A DNA stretch of 62,867 nucleotides, counting the filler, from Atractiella rhizophila (lineage: Eukaryota): NCBI GenBank assembly GCA_021432655.1. It is 8 parts of 8 records of this genome, joined end to end, with 100 filler letters (N's around TTAATTAATTAA, not from the genome) between each part and the next. Parts side by side here need not be neighbours in the genome. Positions count along the whole stretch, not along the records: positions 42,439 to 51,379 come from MU272132.1; positions 51,480 to 60,385 come from MU272133.1; positions 60,486 to 62,867 come from MU272185.1; 5 more parts are not named here. One strand, given 5' to 3'. This document shows, piece after piece, positions 48,418 to 62,156 of this stretch (the first letter of the stretch is position 1; each line of letters begins with the position of its first letter). A model generated the notes under the pieces. The model saw only the letters and a list, made by a program, of their open reading frames with translations, had not been told where the DNA came from and did no database searches. The position numbers were made by a program, and so were the translations under genes.

Positions 48418-49179
48418 CTTCGCGATGTGCGCTAGAGTCTGAGAACTTCAATGAATGTACAAGTTACTTGAATGAATGCACAAGCTTCTGGAACCCAGCC
48501 TCTGACATCGGCGAACACTCACTGCATCTCTCTCTCACTGTCAAAGAGAGCAAGATATCGAATTGTTCCTGAGTTTTTTGTGTTGAGTGTCAAGTGTTTC
48601 TGCACGATCGGAGAAAGAGTGTTGGGGTTCCTGTGAGTCTCAAGTTTATCGACCCCAGCAGGTCGACCTTGGGATGAGTGATGAGTTGTAGTTGGTGGGA
48701 TGAATTTTATGTTCTCCCTTGTCAATTCGATATTGTGCAGCCTTCGTACTTCATATCTCCATTGGCTCAAGCGGAAGCATAACTTCAACTTATCCACAAC
48801 CCCTTTTCTTCTTCAGACCCTTTTCCGCTCTGTTAGACAAGTGTTCATCAGTGCTGGATGGTCCATAGTGCCATCCATCTTTTACCTAGCATTCGTTCCT
48901 CCATCTTGCGGGTTGACAAATTGATCAAGTTGCCCTAAGCTTCCTTCCCTTCTTATCCTCACATGCAATTCGTACGTACAGATCCTTGGATCGGAACACA
49001 GGTGTAATGTGTTCCATATTCCTTGTTTCTTCTTCCTCTTCTTCCCGGCCAGTTTCAAATATTCTTTTGCCACCCTCCTAGTAGCTTTAGTCCAGATCTG
49101 ACACACATTTTCTCAGTTTCGTCTCACGTTCAAGGAGTTCTGGGTCAATTGTCACCCATTCCATCTTGTGCTCTAAGCG

Positions 49180-51379
49180 ATGGACGCCTCAGCCTTCGGA
49201 AAGACTCCTAAGCCTTCTTTGTCAAATCCCAGCGACCCTGAAGACCCTGGGAATTTGTCTGATGACGACCATGCATTCAGCGCCGATTTGCGAGAAGTTC
49301 CTCATTCTAATGAAGCCATCAGAGCTCAAAATCTTTCAGTATTGCAGCTGTACTCGCAACCTAGCCGTTTCCTCAGCACCAAACCGACAATTTTTGGCCC
49401 ACAATTTCGCTTCTTATCGCGTACCGCTTCGCCCGTAGCCTCCAGATCTGCTACCCCAATTCCTCTCTCGTCCTCCAGCCTGTCCCAAGTTCAAACTGTC
49501 AAGATTTTCAAAGTCCCCGACAATGTCAAGAAGACGAATGAACAAGGACTCCGAATCCTCGCTATCGACAACGGCGGCATCTGTACCTTCTCCACGCTTT
49601 ACATGCTTGAAGTCGTCATGCTCGAGGTTGGAAATCTCCTCGACGTTCCCGATGGAGAGGAAACCCGGCCATGCGATGTTTTTGATCTCATCTGTGGCAC
49701 TTCCACGGGCGGATGGATTGCTCTCATGCTCGGACGGCTGGGGATGACCGTTCGAGAATGCATCCGTGCATATGAGCAGATCGTACAGCACGTCTTTTCC
49801 GAGGTAGCACCACTTTCGAATGAAGGCTACGTATACTCTGCAAAGAAGCTTGAAGCCGTCCTCCAGGAGATCATTACACGGCATGCTCCATCGTCTATAT
49901 CGTCCTCTCCACTTCCTATGAAGGATGCGGCAATTGGGGATAGATGTAGAACTTTTGTCGTGTCAAGGTACGAATCAAACGGAGTTGTCTCAACACAGAT
50001 GCGCACATACAATGGCCCCGATGCAGTTCATTCTGCGGCCCGATGTACGGTGTTGGAAGCAGCAAGAGCAACTTCCTCTGCATGTCAATTCTTTCCTCCT
50101 ATTGTCATCGACAATACGAGATATGTCACCATCAGGGACAATAACCCGGCGGCAATAGCGATTGACGAGGCAAACCGCATATGGGGCCAAGGAAGCGAAG
50201 TCGCCTGTCTCGTCTCTTTGGGCTCGGGGATCGGTCCGGCTGTTAATTGGGGTACTACCAAACGCGAGATTGAACTTGCTGTGAAGGCAATTGTCGAAGA
50301 TTGTTCCCAGGTAGCAGGTCAGTTGAAGATGAAGATGCAGGATCGCGGCCTGGGGCATCGCTATCACCGCTTTTCAGTCCACACGATGGGAGGCGTCAAG
50401 TGGGAGGAGTGGGAGCGAACAAAGGACGTCGTGGGTCGGACGAAAGCCTATATGGAAGTAATGGGTCACGAAGTGCGTGATGCTGCTCGATGTCTTGTGC
50501 AGGGTATGTTCTCTTACTTCTCGTGTAAATACCATACTGAGGTCCTTGTAGTGTGCAGTGACAGGATTGCAGTTCGTCGGCGCTTACCATTACCGCCTCC
50601 GGGCTCTTGCTTTGGCCGCCAAGATGAGATCCAACAAGCTAGAAAAGCTATACTGGAAGGATGTCATGTTGCGATTGTGGGTGGAGCTGGAAACGGGAAA
50701 TCCACCGTTGCACTCGACGCCGTGCACTGCAAAGGGATCGAGCAGTCCTTCACAGATCTGGCACGGGGCACTGGAGAAGATCTCCGTTTCTGGGTTCGCT
50801 GCGACAACTTCGACACCTTTGCTAAACTTTCGGACCACATCTGCAACAATATCTTTGCGCTGCCTAAGTCTAGCAAACCATCGCCGGAAGTTGTGGGAGA
50901 TTACTTCAGAAGTCATAAATGCCTTCTCATTTTGGACAATTTTGAAACTCCTCTTCGTGCTGACAAGGACAACGTACAAAACTTCTTTCGATCTCTTCTT
51001 TCAAATAACTCAAAGCAGTCGGTACTCGTTGTGGCCCATCGCGGAGATCAAGTGGAACGTTTGGACGTGAAGGGGGACAAGCCTGTAAAGTTTGCAAAGG
51101 TCTCAGTTGGCACTTTGCCAGAAAATGGTGCGCTCGCACTCTTGGAAAATTCATACCAGAGAGAGGACAAGTTCTCCCAACCGCTGGTCCATCACCTTGT
51201 CAGACAGCTAGACTTCCATGCTCTGTCAATTAAGCTATTCGTTCTACGCGCTAACAAGGATTCAACCATGACACTTGAACAACTGACACGGAAGTGGGAG
51301 GAAAAGAAGACTGGGATTCCCTACAACAAAGGCAGCAGAGACACAATCACACTCGAAACGTCAATATCGTTCTCCCTAG
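49180..51379 (+). CDS. Patatin-NB-ARC (STAND) NLR-like protein, truncated at scaffold end
   Basis: Patatin GTSTG domain, then CFGRQDEI, Walker A GGAGNGKST, FWVRC, Walker B LLILDNFETP, and LDFHALSIKL (GxPLA-equivalent). Confidence 0.85.
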
Positions 51380-51479
51380 NNNNNNNNNNNNNNNNNNNNN
51401 NNNNNNNNNNNNNNNNNNNNNNNTTAATTAATTAANNNNNNNNNNNNNNNNNNNNNNNNNNNNNNNNNNNNNNNNNNNN

Positions 51480-52133
51480 ATTTTTGCGACGGCAACCGCG
51501 GTGTCTGTCGTCATTTGGTCCTGCCTCAATCTCAGCTCACATATACATCATGGATGTGTCTTACTGGCCCAAGATGTCGCCCCACAAAGCCCATATTTCT
51601 CAATGCAGACGTCCTCTGACAACAAATATGTTATCTCAGAGCTAGTGAAAGGGCACGACAACGTACATCTCTTGGTGGGTCGTCACCTAAAATCCCTCCA
51701 AACACGAAATGTGTATTTGAGCTGTAATCTTCTGGCGAGAGCTCTTTTGACCCCTGAGGATCCAGCAAAATAGCAGGTGCTGATTTCGGGTCCGGTACAA
51801 TAGCTGAAACTGATTCTGTGGTAAGGGTGAAGTTGGCTGGAAGGGTAGGCTGGACAGAAGCCAGCTTTTGTTGCAGAGAGGAAAGATTTGATGAGGAAAG
51901 GTTCGAGAACACGACATCCATATCTGGAGCAACGGTACAAATGATTTTTCTATTGTAAATTTGAGGACGAGAGTATTAGACAGAAGAGCGGAACACACGA
52001 GTACTCCAGCAGCACCCATTCTGCTACCTCTGCCTTTTGTTCCTCTGGTTCCATGTGCTCTGCCGCATAATGGTTTGCGCTACGCTGCTCAAATTTGATG
52101 TAACACACCTATGATGAATGTCTTTCTGGCCAT
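51480..52133 (-). CDS. SFM1: Sfm1-like SPOUT protein arginine methyltransferase (DUF431), truncated
   Basis: MARKTFII|EHMEP..EWVLLEY; ILLDP..ELSPED..FVFGGILGDDPPRD|RTSALR..RHLGP..MTTDTAV. Confidence 0.88.
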
Positions 52134-52490
52134 TTTGAAGTTTCTTGTAATTATAGCGGGACAACAGATTTGCGATTTGCAACCTCGATCGTGGAAAGTT
52201 GAAAACTATAATAATGTTTGAAAGGCAGGCCGGATTTCGCAACCTTATCTTACTTCCAGTAACAAAGCAAGCAACGGAACAGGATTCTGATTTTTGGAGA
52301 AGTGAGCGTAGACCGTGAGCGAGTTAAGGAAGGGAAGAGGAACTTCCGCGGTTGCTCTAAGGTTTTAGGGCAAAAATTGTTAGTAAGTTCCACATTGGGT
52401 TCTGCGACATTGGGGCTTGCTGGTGGGATTAAACAAAGGTTCATATTTTGTCTCTGTTGGATCAGCCACGTCTCGGGGGTGGACAACGTT

Positions 52491-55400
52491 ATGACTACTC
52501 TCTATCATCCATCCATCTTTCATCACGCGTCTGTCTCGACTTCGCCCACTGTGGACAACTCCCAACCACTAAGCATGAACTCATACCGAAATAGCCCGTA
52601 CGACTCTCAGTACCTGCAAGCAAATGGATCCGGCACGTCTATAGATTCTGGAAGTTCCATGTCGCTCATGGACCAGGTCAAGAGTTGGAATGATGCTCAG
52701 GTGAAGCAATGGATGATAGAGAACAGAGTCGGCAACTATGCGGACCTCTTTGCCAAAAACGATATTCGAGGGTCAGTCTTGTTGGATATGGATCAAGAGT
52801 CATTGAAAGAGTTGGGACTTCGCCTGGTTGGAGACCGGACCAAGATTATGATCGCCATCAAGAAGTTGAGAGCACAGTGTGCCTCTAGCTCGGGGTCGAC
52901 CATAAGTAATCATTCGCTGAAAAAGCAGGTTTCGATTCCAGCCATTCAGCAATATAACCCGGCCCAGATTGGTGGGCGCGAACGCAGCGAGTCGTCGGCT
53001 TCTTCTGCTTCCAATCACCAGTATGGTGCTTCCCGTCCTTCAACAACAGCCAGCTCTAATCCTTCAGTCTCTTCTTCACGGCCTCCAACAGGGCAGCATC
53101 GCCGTCCAGGTTCAAAAGGAGGAACTGGGAAGGTCCCTCCGCCTCTCCATCTTACTCAGTCTTCCTCTCGTGATTTAGGTCAAGCATATCAAACGCCGCA
53201 CTACCCTCAGACCGGCAATCATCTGGTGGCCACTCCTGCAAACGAAATCCGTCCTTCTCCTCGACAGCCACCTCAAACCCTTCCTCCACCGCTGCCGAGC
53301 AAGACTCCCAACCTTCTGTCCTCCACCAATCCCCCACCCTCTTCGCACCAGCGGGCTATTACGGCCCCCCAAGGATCTGCTTCTTCTCAGCCTTGGGCTG
53401 GTGACTACGGTCTTCCCAAGGCTCCTGCTCCCGGAAATCTCCTGTCCGCCAGCACCAAATCTCGCGGCGCGAGCAAATCACCTAATACCATTGCCCAGGG
53501 CCTCCCAGAGACACCAGGCTATCATCGAAAGTCCCCTTCGCTCTCTCAAGTCATGCCTCCGACTGTTTCCGTCTCTTCGGCAAATCAGCGTCCTTCTACA
53601 GCTCAGACACCTAATCAAGGCGGCTTCTACGCTGGTTCTCCCACGGAACCTTCTTATCGGAAACCTTCCAACTATGAAGCACACCAGAACCTCGAAATTG
53701 CTGTACCTCAGAGGAAGGAAGCTGGTGGCCTAGGTTTCTCTGTTGGAAAAGGAGGTTTTGGCCGTCCGTCAACTCCAGCTGGGACAGTTTCTGTTGGTGG
53801 ACATGGGACAACTCCGTCGTTGGACGATCTAATGAACAAGACGGTTAAATTCAAAGGTGATGACGGAGTGTCGAAGATGATGCATTTTTCGGATTCCGAT
53901 ACCGCCTCTCAGGTTATGCTCACTGTTTTGCGAAAGTTTGGGAAGTTTGGAAAGGACCAATTTCCTCAAGATTTTGAAGATAGCGACGATGACGAGGATA
54001 TGGCGGAGATGGAAGGATGGGGAGTGTTTGGGTCTACGGCGGATGGTCAAACTAAGGGGCTTACAAAAGGGGAGTTGATGGACATTTGCCGCAATGGAAC
54101 ACGGGCTGATAGACAGCGAGGTTTGATGTTGAGGAAGATGCACCATTCTGACGGGCCCAAGAGGAAAAATCGAAAGCTTCAAGAGTTCTTCGGTATCCAT
54201 GGACCAACAATTGCGACACCTTCCTCCCCTTACCTTGACCTCCAGATCCCTGCTACCCAAATTGAACCAGCTTCTCCTCCAACGCCTCATGCAGAAGCAA
54301 TGGGAGGCGCTTACACCGAAGAATATGAACCCGAAACAGACGCGACATTTATTCCTCGAAAAATGAACCGCGCGAGCACGATCTCCGTCATGTCTGGGTT
54401 AGGCGTTGTGGAAGCTAGTCAGGCAGCCCAACAATTGCGCTCTCCATCTTCCGGCGTGCCTGTCAATGGCAACCCAGCTAGTGTTCGGTTCCAAGGCCAA
54501 CGTCCACCTTCCGAAATCATCAATGGAAACTTCACGGATTTCTTCCCTCAAGCGGACCAGAAGAAGTTGACGAAGAATGTTCGAAAGAGCATCCGACTCT
54601 CGATGCGACGCCGCGACAGTCAATACATTGTTCCAGACCCTCGTGGCGATTGGGACAGCTTTCAGAAGCTAAATCTCAATTCTAGGTTCAGCAACAGTAC
54701 AATCGGATCTCACCGTATGAGCACAATGGATACAACCCCTGACGGCTCAACGCTTTCTTCCGTCGACAGCCATTTGACCGAACATCCCGCCTCAGTTGGG
54801 ATGAGGAATCCCCCACAAAGGCAAAATGCGCAAGATCGGCTTAGCGTCGTGAGCCAAATTCGCAACAGTATGAGGAGACCGGACTCTGACAACGCCAGCC
54901 TACTGACAATGGATGAGGTGGCGGCGGAAGTCGAGAATCGGCGATTGAGTGTCGCAAGTTGGATGGTTGGAGACGACGATGATGACTTTGACAGACCACT
55001 TTCATCCAACATTACTCCAATCATCGACGAAGAGGAGGAAGAAGACGATGAGGAGACGGAAGACGAGGAAGATAAGCCTCAAGCGTATACCTCGCAAGGA
55101 GCAAAGGCTCAAGTCAAGTGGATTAAAGGTACCTTAATTGGTGCTGGTTCTTTTGGAAGCGTATAGTACGCTCCCCTTCTACCTTTACTCAATTTTTTCG
55201 TTGAATCTATTCATAGCCTCGGGATGAACTCGACAAACGGGACCCTCATGGCCGTCAAGCAAGTGGAACTCCCAACCGGAAATTCCCACAACGAGGAGCG
55301 AAAAAAGAGCATGCTGGAGGCCTTGGAGAGGGAGATCGAGTTGCTGAAGGAGTTGCAGCACGAACGTTCGTTTTTCTCAGTCACTCGTCACTCGATCCTC

Positions 55401-56242
55401 ACTTGACTGCTAAACAGGGATCGTACAATACCTTGACTCTTCCTCAGATGGGGTCCACCTTAACATTTTTCTCGAATACGTCCCTGGTGGATCCGTTCAA
55501 CTTTTGTTGAAAACTTACGGCGCTTTTGAAGAAGCGCTAACTCGCACTTGGAGCAGCCAAATTCTCGAGGGTTTGCAATATCTTCACGAGAAGGATATCA
55601 TCCATCGTGATATCAAAGGGGCCAATGTGCTTGGTACATTTTAACTGCATCTCGCTCCTACGGATCATTGATATCCTTGCTTCTAGTCGACAACAAAGGT
55701 GGCATCAAGATCTCCGATTTCGGCATTTCGAAGAAGGTTGAAGATGGCACACTGAGTGCGCGCTTCTCCTTTATTGCCGTCCACAGTTCTCACTTTGTCA
55801 TAGATCTGTTGGCGACTGCCCGAGTTCATCGACCCTCTCTGCAGGGTTCAGTATTCTGGATGGCACCGGAAGTCGTGAAGCAGACATCGTACACCAAGAA
55901 AGCGGACATCTGGAGCTTGGGCTGTCTCATAATTGAGATGTTGACTGGCTCTCATCCTTGGGCAAACTTGACCCAAATGCAGGCGATTTTCAAGGTAATC
56001 ATTATCTCCTGTAAATTTCGAGCTATTTGCTGACTTCCTTCCAGATAGGCTCGTCTGCCCGACCTACGATTCCTGACGATATCACTGAGCATGCTCAGCA
56101 TTTCTTGGAGCAGACGTTCCTCATGTATGTGTTCCATTACGTGACCAACTGTCAAGCTGAACGTGCACACAGAAATCATCTCGAACGTCCTACTGCTGCC
56201 GAACTACTCAAGCATCCATGGCAGACATCTTTGATACCCTAG
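52491..56242 (+). CDS. STE11: MAP kinase kinase kinase Ste11 (Ubc4/Kpp4-type): SAM, Ras-association and kinase domains
   Basis: SAM domain [91 protein letters not shown]. Start could be 52491 or 52575. Confidence 0.95.
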
Positions 56243-56699
56243 ATGATTCCCTTTCCTTCTTTCTTCTGAGTTTGCAGATTCCCTGTCAGCAATGCTGCCT
56301 GTCCCCGCTCGTTCCTAAGGGAGACTTTTCAAGTCGCTCATGTTGTTGATAAAGGATCAGTTTGTTTTCAGTCAATAGTCCAACATGTATCGTAATTTCT
56401 CAGCATTTTTGGACCGTGATATGGATGATATGGATATCCCTTTGATGCCCCAGTTTCCCATGCTCAATGCCCAACGTTACTTAATACTCTTAGCCTTGCT
56501 TAGCTTATCACGTATCTCTTGACTATCGCAGAGCCTGATCGACCTTGCTTCTGTTCTCTATGAGATCTGCCATTCTCGGCACGCGCGCAGCACGACAGGA
56601 GAACCAATATAAGAAGCAAGCTTGCGAACTCGCGACTTCATCGATTCACATTTGAGCTATCTTTACCTGCTAGCTGTGCCACGCCAATTCGTAAAAATT

Positions 56700-57727
56700 A
56701 TGGCTACTCGAGTTCATCCCCTCGCTAGGTCTGCATTCTCGAAATCAGGCTGGTCCCATTGCTGTTACGCTTTGGCGAATGTGTTGATCGCGTGCCAGGA
56801 TCAAGCGGGCTCTACGATCGCGCTCGTCCCTCGTATCCTTCTCAATCTTTGGCTCTGATTGCCTCACGATTGCCTGCATCTGCACGCGTCGTCGAATTGG
56901 GCTCAGGCACTGGAATCTTCACGCGTGCTTTCCTCTCCTCTCACGGTTCTTCAATTGGCAAATGGCTAGCTGTTGAACCCGCAGAAGGGATGAGGGAGGG
57001 ATTCGTAACTGCTTATGAGAAGAGTGAGCTGGCAGGCAAGGTTGATTGCGAATGTGTGGATGGAGAGTTCGGAAAGATCCCTGTGAATGATAAGTGGGCG
57101 GACTTGGTGGTCATTGCACAGGCATTCCATTGGATTGGAAAGGATGGATCGAGCGCTATGGTCAGTCTTTTTTGGCTGTTGCTTTATTGGGTTGGTGGTG
57201 AGATCGTGCGGATTTGGACCTGAAGGCAGAGATTGCTCGCGTGTTGAAACCTGGTGCTCAACTTGCTCTGATTTGGAATCTCGAGGACCGTGATGGACCT
57301 GAGAAGTGGGTAGGGAAAATGCGTGATGCTTACGAGGCGCACGAAGTCGGGACTCCTCAGTATCGGCTTGGATGGTGGAAGCATGTCTTTGATTTGCCAG
57401 AATATAAAGAGAACTTCAAACCCCTCAAGAGCAATGCGGCGGGAGAAGCACTGCCAGATGTGCAGCACCGAAAGCTAGAGACGAACAAAGATGGGGTTGT
57501 TGACAGGGTATTGAGTAAGAGTTACATCACTGACCTGACGGAAGAGAAGAGGGAGGAGGTGAGAAAACGGGTGCTGGAAATTGTGGAAGAGGGAGATGGT
57601 TTGGTTTGGATTGACAAGGAACAGGGAATTTTCGGTAAGTCGTCTGGCTGTAGAAATGCACCGTCATTGACAGATTGATACAGAATATCCTTACGCAACT
57701 GATACTTGGATCTTTGATCGTGTCTAG
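56700..57727 (+). CDS. Class I SAM-dependent methyltransferase (type 11-like)
   Basis: YDRARPSYP; VVELGSGTG; AVEPAEGM; AQAFHW; EIARVLKPG; last exon EYPYATDTWIFDRV*. Confidence 0.88.
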
Positions 57728-57796
57728 GCTTTAGAATGTATCTTTACAACAAAACAACTGCCACGAAGCTATATTGAAATGAACAGTGGACATCGC

Positions 57797-59176
57797 TCAA
57801 AAATAAACCTGCATAGTATGATGAATAGCGGATTGGACAGGACAATAAGGGCATTTGACGCTTCTATCTCGATGGATCTCATCAACCTCAAGTCTACCGT
57901 TGATGAAAACGAAGAAGACGCACGCTCCACCCTTTGCAAGTCTCTGTAATGACTCTTTCGCAATGACGTGTCCACAGGGAAGCATCATCGGAGGATTCAC
58001 GTCCGAACTTTGCTCTTTGCTTACAGGGCAAGCAAAGATTGAATGGAACCTGTACATCTCAGGTAGTGGAATCGCAACCTTCCTCAATCATCAGGATGGG
58101 TTATGCAAAGGTTTAGATAGGAAGACGAACCGGCAGTTCACCCTCTGATGTCCACTCTGTCTTTTTGTCCTTCATGACCGCCTTCACGCGTTGAAGCTTT
58201 GCAACTCCTCCATTCGCACCTACATCCAAAGCTACCGAAAGCGGTTGGTATCGCGAGAATCCATGAGTAGAGCAATACTCGGTCACAAAGAGTGATTTGA
58301 GAGCAGTTTCTGAATCGCTTGTGGAAGAGGAAGCCTCCAGAAAAGGGGAATATATGTCGGCATAAGGGGAAGTAGGGGAATTGGGAGGATAGGCTGTAGA
58401 TGCCAATAAGCGCGAAATATCGGAACCGTACAATGAAAAATCAGGTGCGAGGTATGTCTGCAAGTATTGTATCGCTTTGACCACTCCATCTTCCGCTCCA
58501 GCCGACTCCAAGACGAGAGAAATGAATACGCGGCGTCTCAACCGGTATTGAAGCTCGCTCCCTCTTCGTTGTAACTCCGTCTCATTCTCATGGGCCCACT
58601 GCAAAGCTGGGCTGAAGTCCCTCTTCCCTATCGCTTGGAGAATATCATGGCAAATCCGAAAACTTTCTGCCTCTTGAACTCCCAGCTTCGCACCGGTCTC
58701 TGCAATCCAAGCCTCCCCTAGCGCAAACTGGCCGCGCCGAACAAAGTGCGAAGCTATGGTCGAGTTGAGGGCGTCACGAGAGGCAAAAGAAGTGAAAGGA
58801 ATGGAGGGAGGCGGCGGGGATGACGGCCCAAACTGGGGAGGAGAGGTAGACGGTGTGGGAAACAGTGGCGTAAGCGGCGTCGAGAACTTTTTGTCAACCG
58901 CTTTTGCATATTTGTTCAAAGAACCATGCCAGCCCTTCTGAGCGTCTTGGATACGAGCGTTTCCATGCTTGATGGCCTCGTTCAAAGCGCTCCGGTCTAA
59001 GAGATCCACCCCTGAAAACCCATTTGAGACAATTCGACGGGATACGCACCCTGAGACTCGCTTTCTTTCAGCGCGTACAGCTGAGCCAGCACCTTATCCA
59101 CCTCACCGATGGCCACATCGTACGCCAGCTGGCATTTGCTCTCAAGCTTATTGAACTCCTGTCGAACCGACTCCAT
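57797..59176 (-). CDS. RMD5: GID/CTLH complex RING subunit Rmd5/Gid2 (RMND5)
   Basis: LisH/CTLH region; EWTSEGELP; FHSIFACPVSKEQ..NPPMMLPCGHVI..KCPYCP. Confidence 0.93.
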
Positions 59177-59318
59177 GATCTTCCTAATCGCCGCTCGGAA
59201 GGGGAAAGCTGTGGATAGAAGGCTCTCACTTAGAAGCGACGCGTCCATCCACTGACATTCTTCACCATCGAAATTTGGCATTTATCTACACTATTCTCAG
59301 CTGTAGCCCTCTGATTTC

Positions 59319-60385
59319 ATGGCAGATGCTTCTCCTCAGGTTCTGCGTCCGGTTCTTCGAAAAGCGATTCGCCTCTGCTTCTCCTACGAGCTCAACAAAT
59401 CGGCGAAGTTTCTGGGCCAACTGCTAGTATCTTTACCACGAACGAGCACTGCTGAAGAGCGTACAAATGTTAAGGAGCCTGAGAAAAGAGACGAGGAGAG
59501 AGCTTTTGAGAGCTTTGTAGGCAATAAAGAATACGCTAGAGCTGCATTTTGGTTAAACAGCAAGAAGACGGATGAGCAAGATGACCTTGTGCTTTATCGT
59601 ACAATTTGGGCCAGGTGGCAGGTTCGTCTCATCCCATGGCATTATGTGTCGTTTCTATATTTTCTCCCAAACTCTTTATTATTTCGGAAAGACGTCATTC
59701 CCAACAGGCCATCATTTGAGCGCGGTCGGGAACGCGTCCCCTCGACCTATCGCTTCTTATTAATCTTCAGGATACTGTTTCGAAGGATTTTTCTGTTCTT
59801 CTTGGCTCTTCTTCAAGTTTAAGCATGCCTAGCCTCTTCATGCAGGAACAAATAAGCAACCTCGTCAACACTGATCCTACACTGACTGAGGCTCGCCTGA
59901 CACCAGGCGCATCTCAAAAGTTTGCCATTCCGGAGCCCGCTAGAGTCAACAATCCCCTCGAAAACGGGCAGCGTCGACCATGAATCTGTCGCAGCCAAAC
60001 TAATGGCAGAGATTCCAGAGGACACTACAAACCCGTTTTTGCTCTACATGTCTGCACAGTTTCTGTCCCTCTCCGGTGAACGCTGACATGTCTGTAGGCG
60101 CGCTTTCTTGTTGATGCATATTCCTGAGGACGAGCTTGGTTCTCCTGAAAATGTCGACACCATTCGATTGTACGCGATTGGCACATTGTGCGATAGTCTA
60201 AAAGGGAATCCTTACAATTGGGATGCATGGGACATGCTCAAAACGCTTGTCAAAACTGAAACAGAGGTTATTTACTTGTGTCACAATAGTGATTTAACAG
60301 TGACAGAGAGAATTAGCTGGCGAGCATCCAAGCCCACCTTCCATCGACAGAAGATACAGTCATGACCCAGTTTTTCAATGTCGCC
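59319..60385 (+). CDS. CDC23: APC/C subunit Cdc23/Apc8-like, N-terminal part (truncated)
   Basis: LRKAIRLCFSYELNKSAKFLGQLLVSL; FVGNKEYARAAFWL; NPFLLYM; SLKGNPYNWDAWDML. Confidence 0.7.
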
Positions 60386-60535
60386 NNNNNNNNNNNNNNN
60401 NNNNNNNNNNNNNNNNNNNNNNNNNNNNNTTAATTAATTAANNNNNNNNNNNNNNNNNNNNNNNNNNNNNNNNNNNNNNNNNNNNTCTGTGAGTTTTGAT
60501 TAATCGTCTTCCCAATCTTCAGCTGAGACTGTCAG

Positions 60536-61574
60536 TAGGGAATGGAATGGTCCAAGGTCATCTGTCCTTTCGAAGCATGGGCAGCGCAGGGTCTTCACGC
60601 CATCTTTGCTGACAAGCCCTCTCCCATCCGAAGAACTATCATTAGAGGAGTCTTCGGACGAAGAGAAGCCATATATCAACCAGCCTCTACTCACTAAGCG
60701 AAGAAAGTCGACGGGACCGATTTTGCATAAAGGAGAGAAAGTCAACAGAAGCTTTTCAATTGGTAAATTGGCGCCGTTGAACCAAGAATCTGCAGATGGA
60801 AAGATCGCCTCCGTCCAGAGTCACAGGGGATTCACAAATATCCCCACCACGGCTGGAAGTGCATCAACCGGTTCCCTCTGCGTGAAGGGGAAAACGACAC
60901 GGAGGGACACCATCGCCTCCTCAATGCCACAAGTCTTCCCTCCGAGTTCGAAAGGACGAATTTCCCTCGTGACATCACCTTCTACTCCAGTTCGACCCTT
61001 GAAAGTAGTGAAAACGATGTCGAGAACGTTAATCAGCCAGCCAGTTGAGCCTTTTCCCCTGGAAATGAAGTCAAAACATCCCTCGAGATCTTCAGCTTTT
61101 CTTTCCGACTCAGCAATTCTCGAGGGCGGAAGTACGGTCACCGTAGCTTCCTCTAGAGATCATGACTATTGTTCATCTTCGAATCAATCTTCAGATCGTG
61201 GTCAACGTCAGCGTAGAGCGACAGAAGCATCAAGGTCTGGCCAAAGTGCAACCAGGATCACTACAAATGATCAACATCGGGCTCTGAGACCGATGTCGAC
61301 ACCTAACGCCATTGGGACGAAGGGTCTCGTTCGAACGTCATTGGTCCATCGTGCATCTTCTCGCCTTCCTTCTCGCCTACCGAAGCATGCTACACTTTCA
61401 TCCATGGCTGAGCTAGACCGGAAGGATGGGAATACATCATCGTTGTCTCCGAAAGGAGATAACTCAAGCAGGACAGTTACCGCGCAAGGAAGAACGAGCT
61501 CGAAGATAACTGACGGTACGACTATTAGCCGGAGAGGAGTTTCAGCGAGTAGGCATGTCAAGCCCCAGAAGTGA
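60536..61574 (+). CDS. Last exon of a low-complexity S/T/R-rich hypothetical protein
   Basis: A GTGAGT..CAG intron at the scaffold start, then about 345 open codons to the TGA at 61574. Confidence 0.55.
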
Positions 61575-62156
61575 AACCCTGTAATTATTGTGTCTTGGGT
61601 TGTCCTTGAGCTGGCATGTCTGAATATGTTTGTAATTGATTATTGTAAGACCTAGAACATCGGGAAGTTTCTACCTCAGTGAAGTTACTTATTGTAGAGG
61701 ACTTCATCATGCATTAAGCAGCGAAATTAGTCGAGATATTCCTCGACAAATACAAAATATCACTCAATTTTCCATTTAAACATGAGAATGCCTATTGTAG
61801 TTCTCTACCTCCTCTCCTCTAAAACAGGTTGATGAGTGTCTAGCAACATTTCCGGCCCGGAGCGTGTGCTGTAAGGGAATCACTCACAGTGCGAAACTGT
61901 ACTGAACAGGTGTGGGGTCTCTCATAACTGCATTCGTCGGGCTGTTATTTTGAAATGTACTTTCAGCTCTCTGATGTTTTGAAGGCAGTCACTTCAGCTT
62001 GAAAGTCAAGTTTAGAACTTTGATAAAGCATTAATTATCCGAACTTTGTTCATTTGCTTGTACCAACATACCCGACCGCTGTTGCCAACAACAAACTGAG
62101 AAGGTGGTGCGCCGAGTAGCTGTAACATACTGAAGAGGAATTCCAGCAAGTTGACC

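Noticed and set aside
52302..52490. N-terminal extension of the Ste11 ORF from a GTG start
   Set aside because: Produced by the ORF caller's alternative starts; the first ATG is at 52491.
9067..60485. Recurrent TTAATTAATTAA motif, ORFs containing X runs, and gene neighbourhoods spanning the linkers
   Set aside because: These are artificial concatenation spacers; adjacency across them has no biological meaning.
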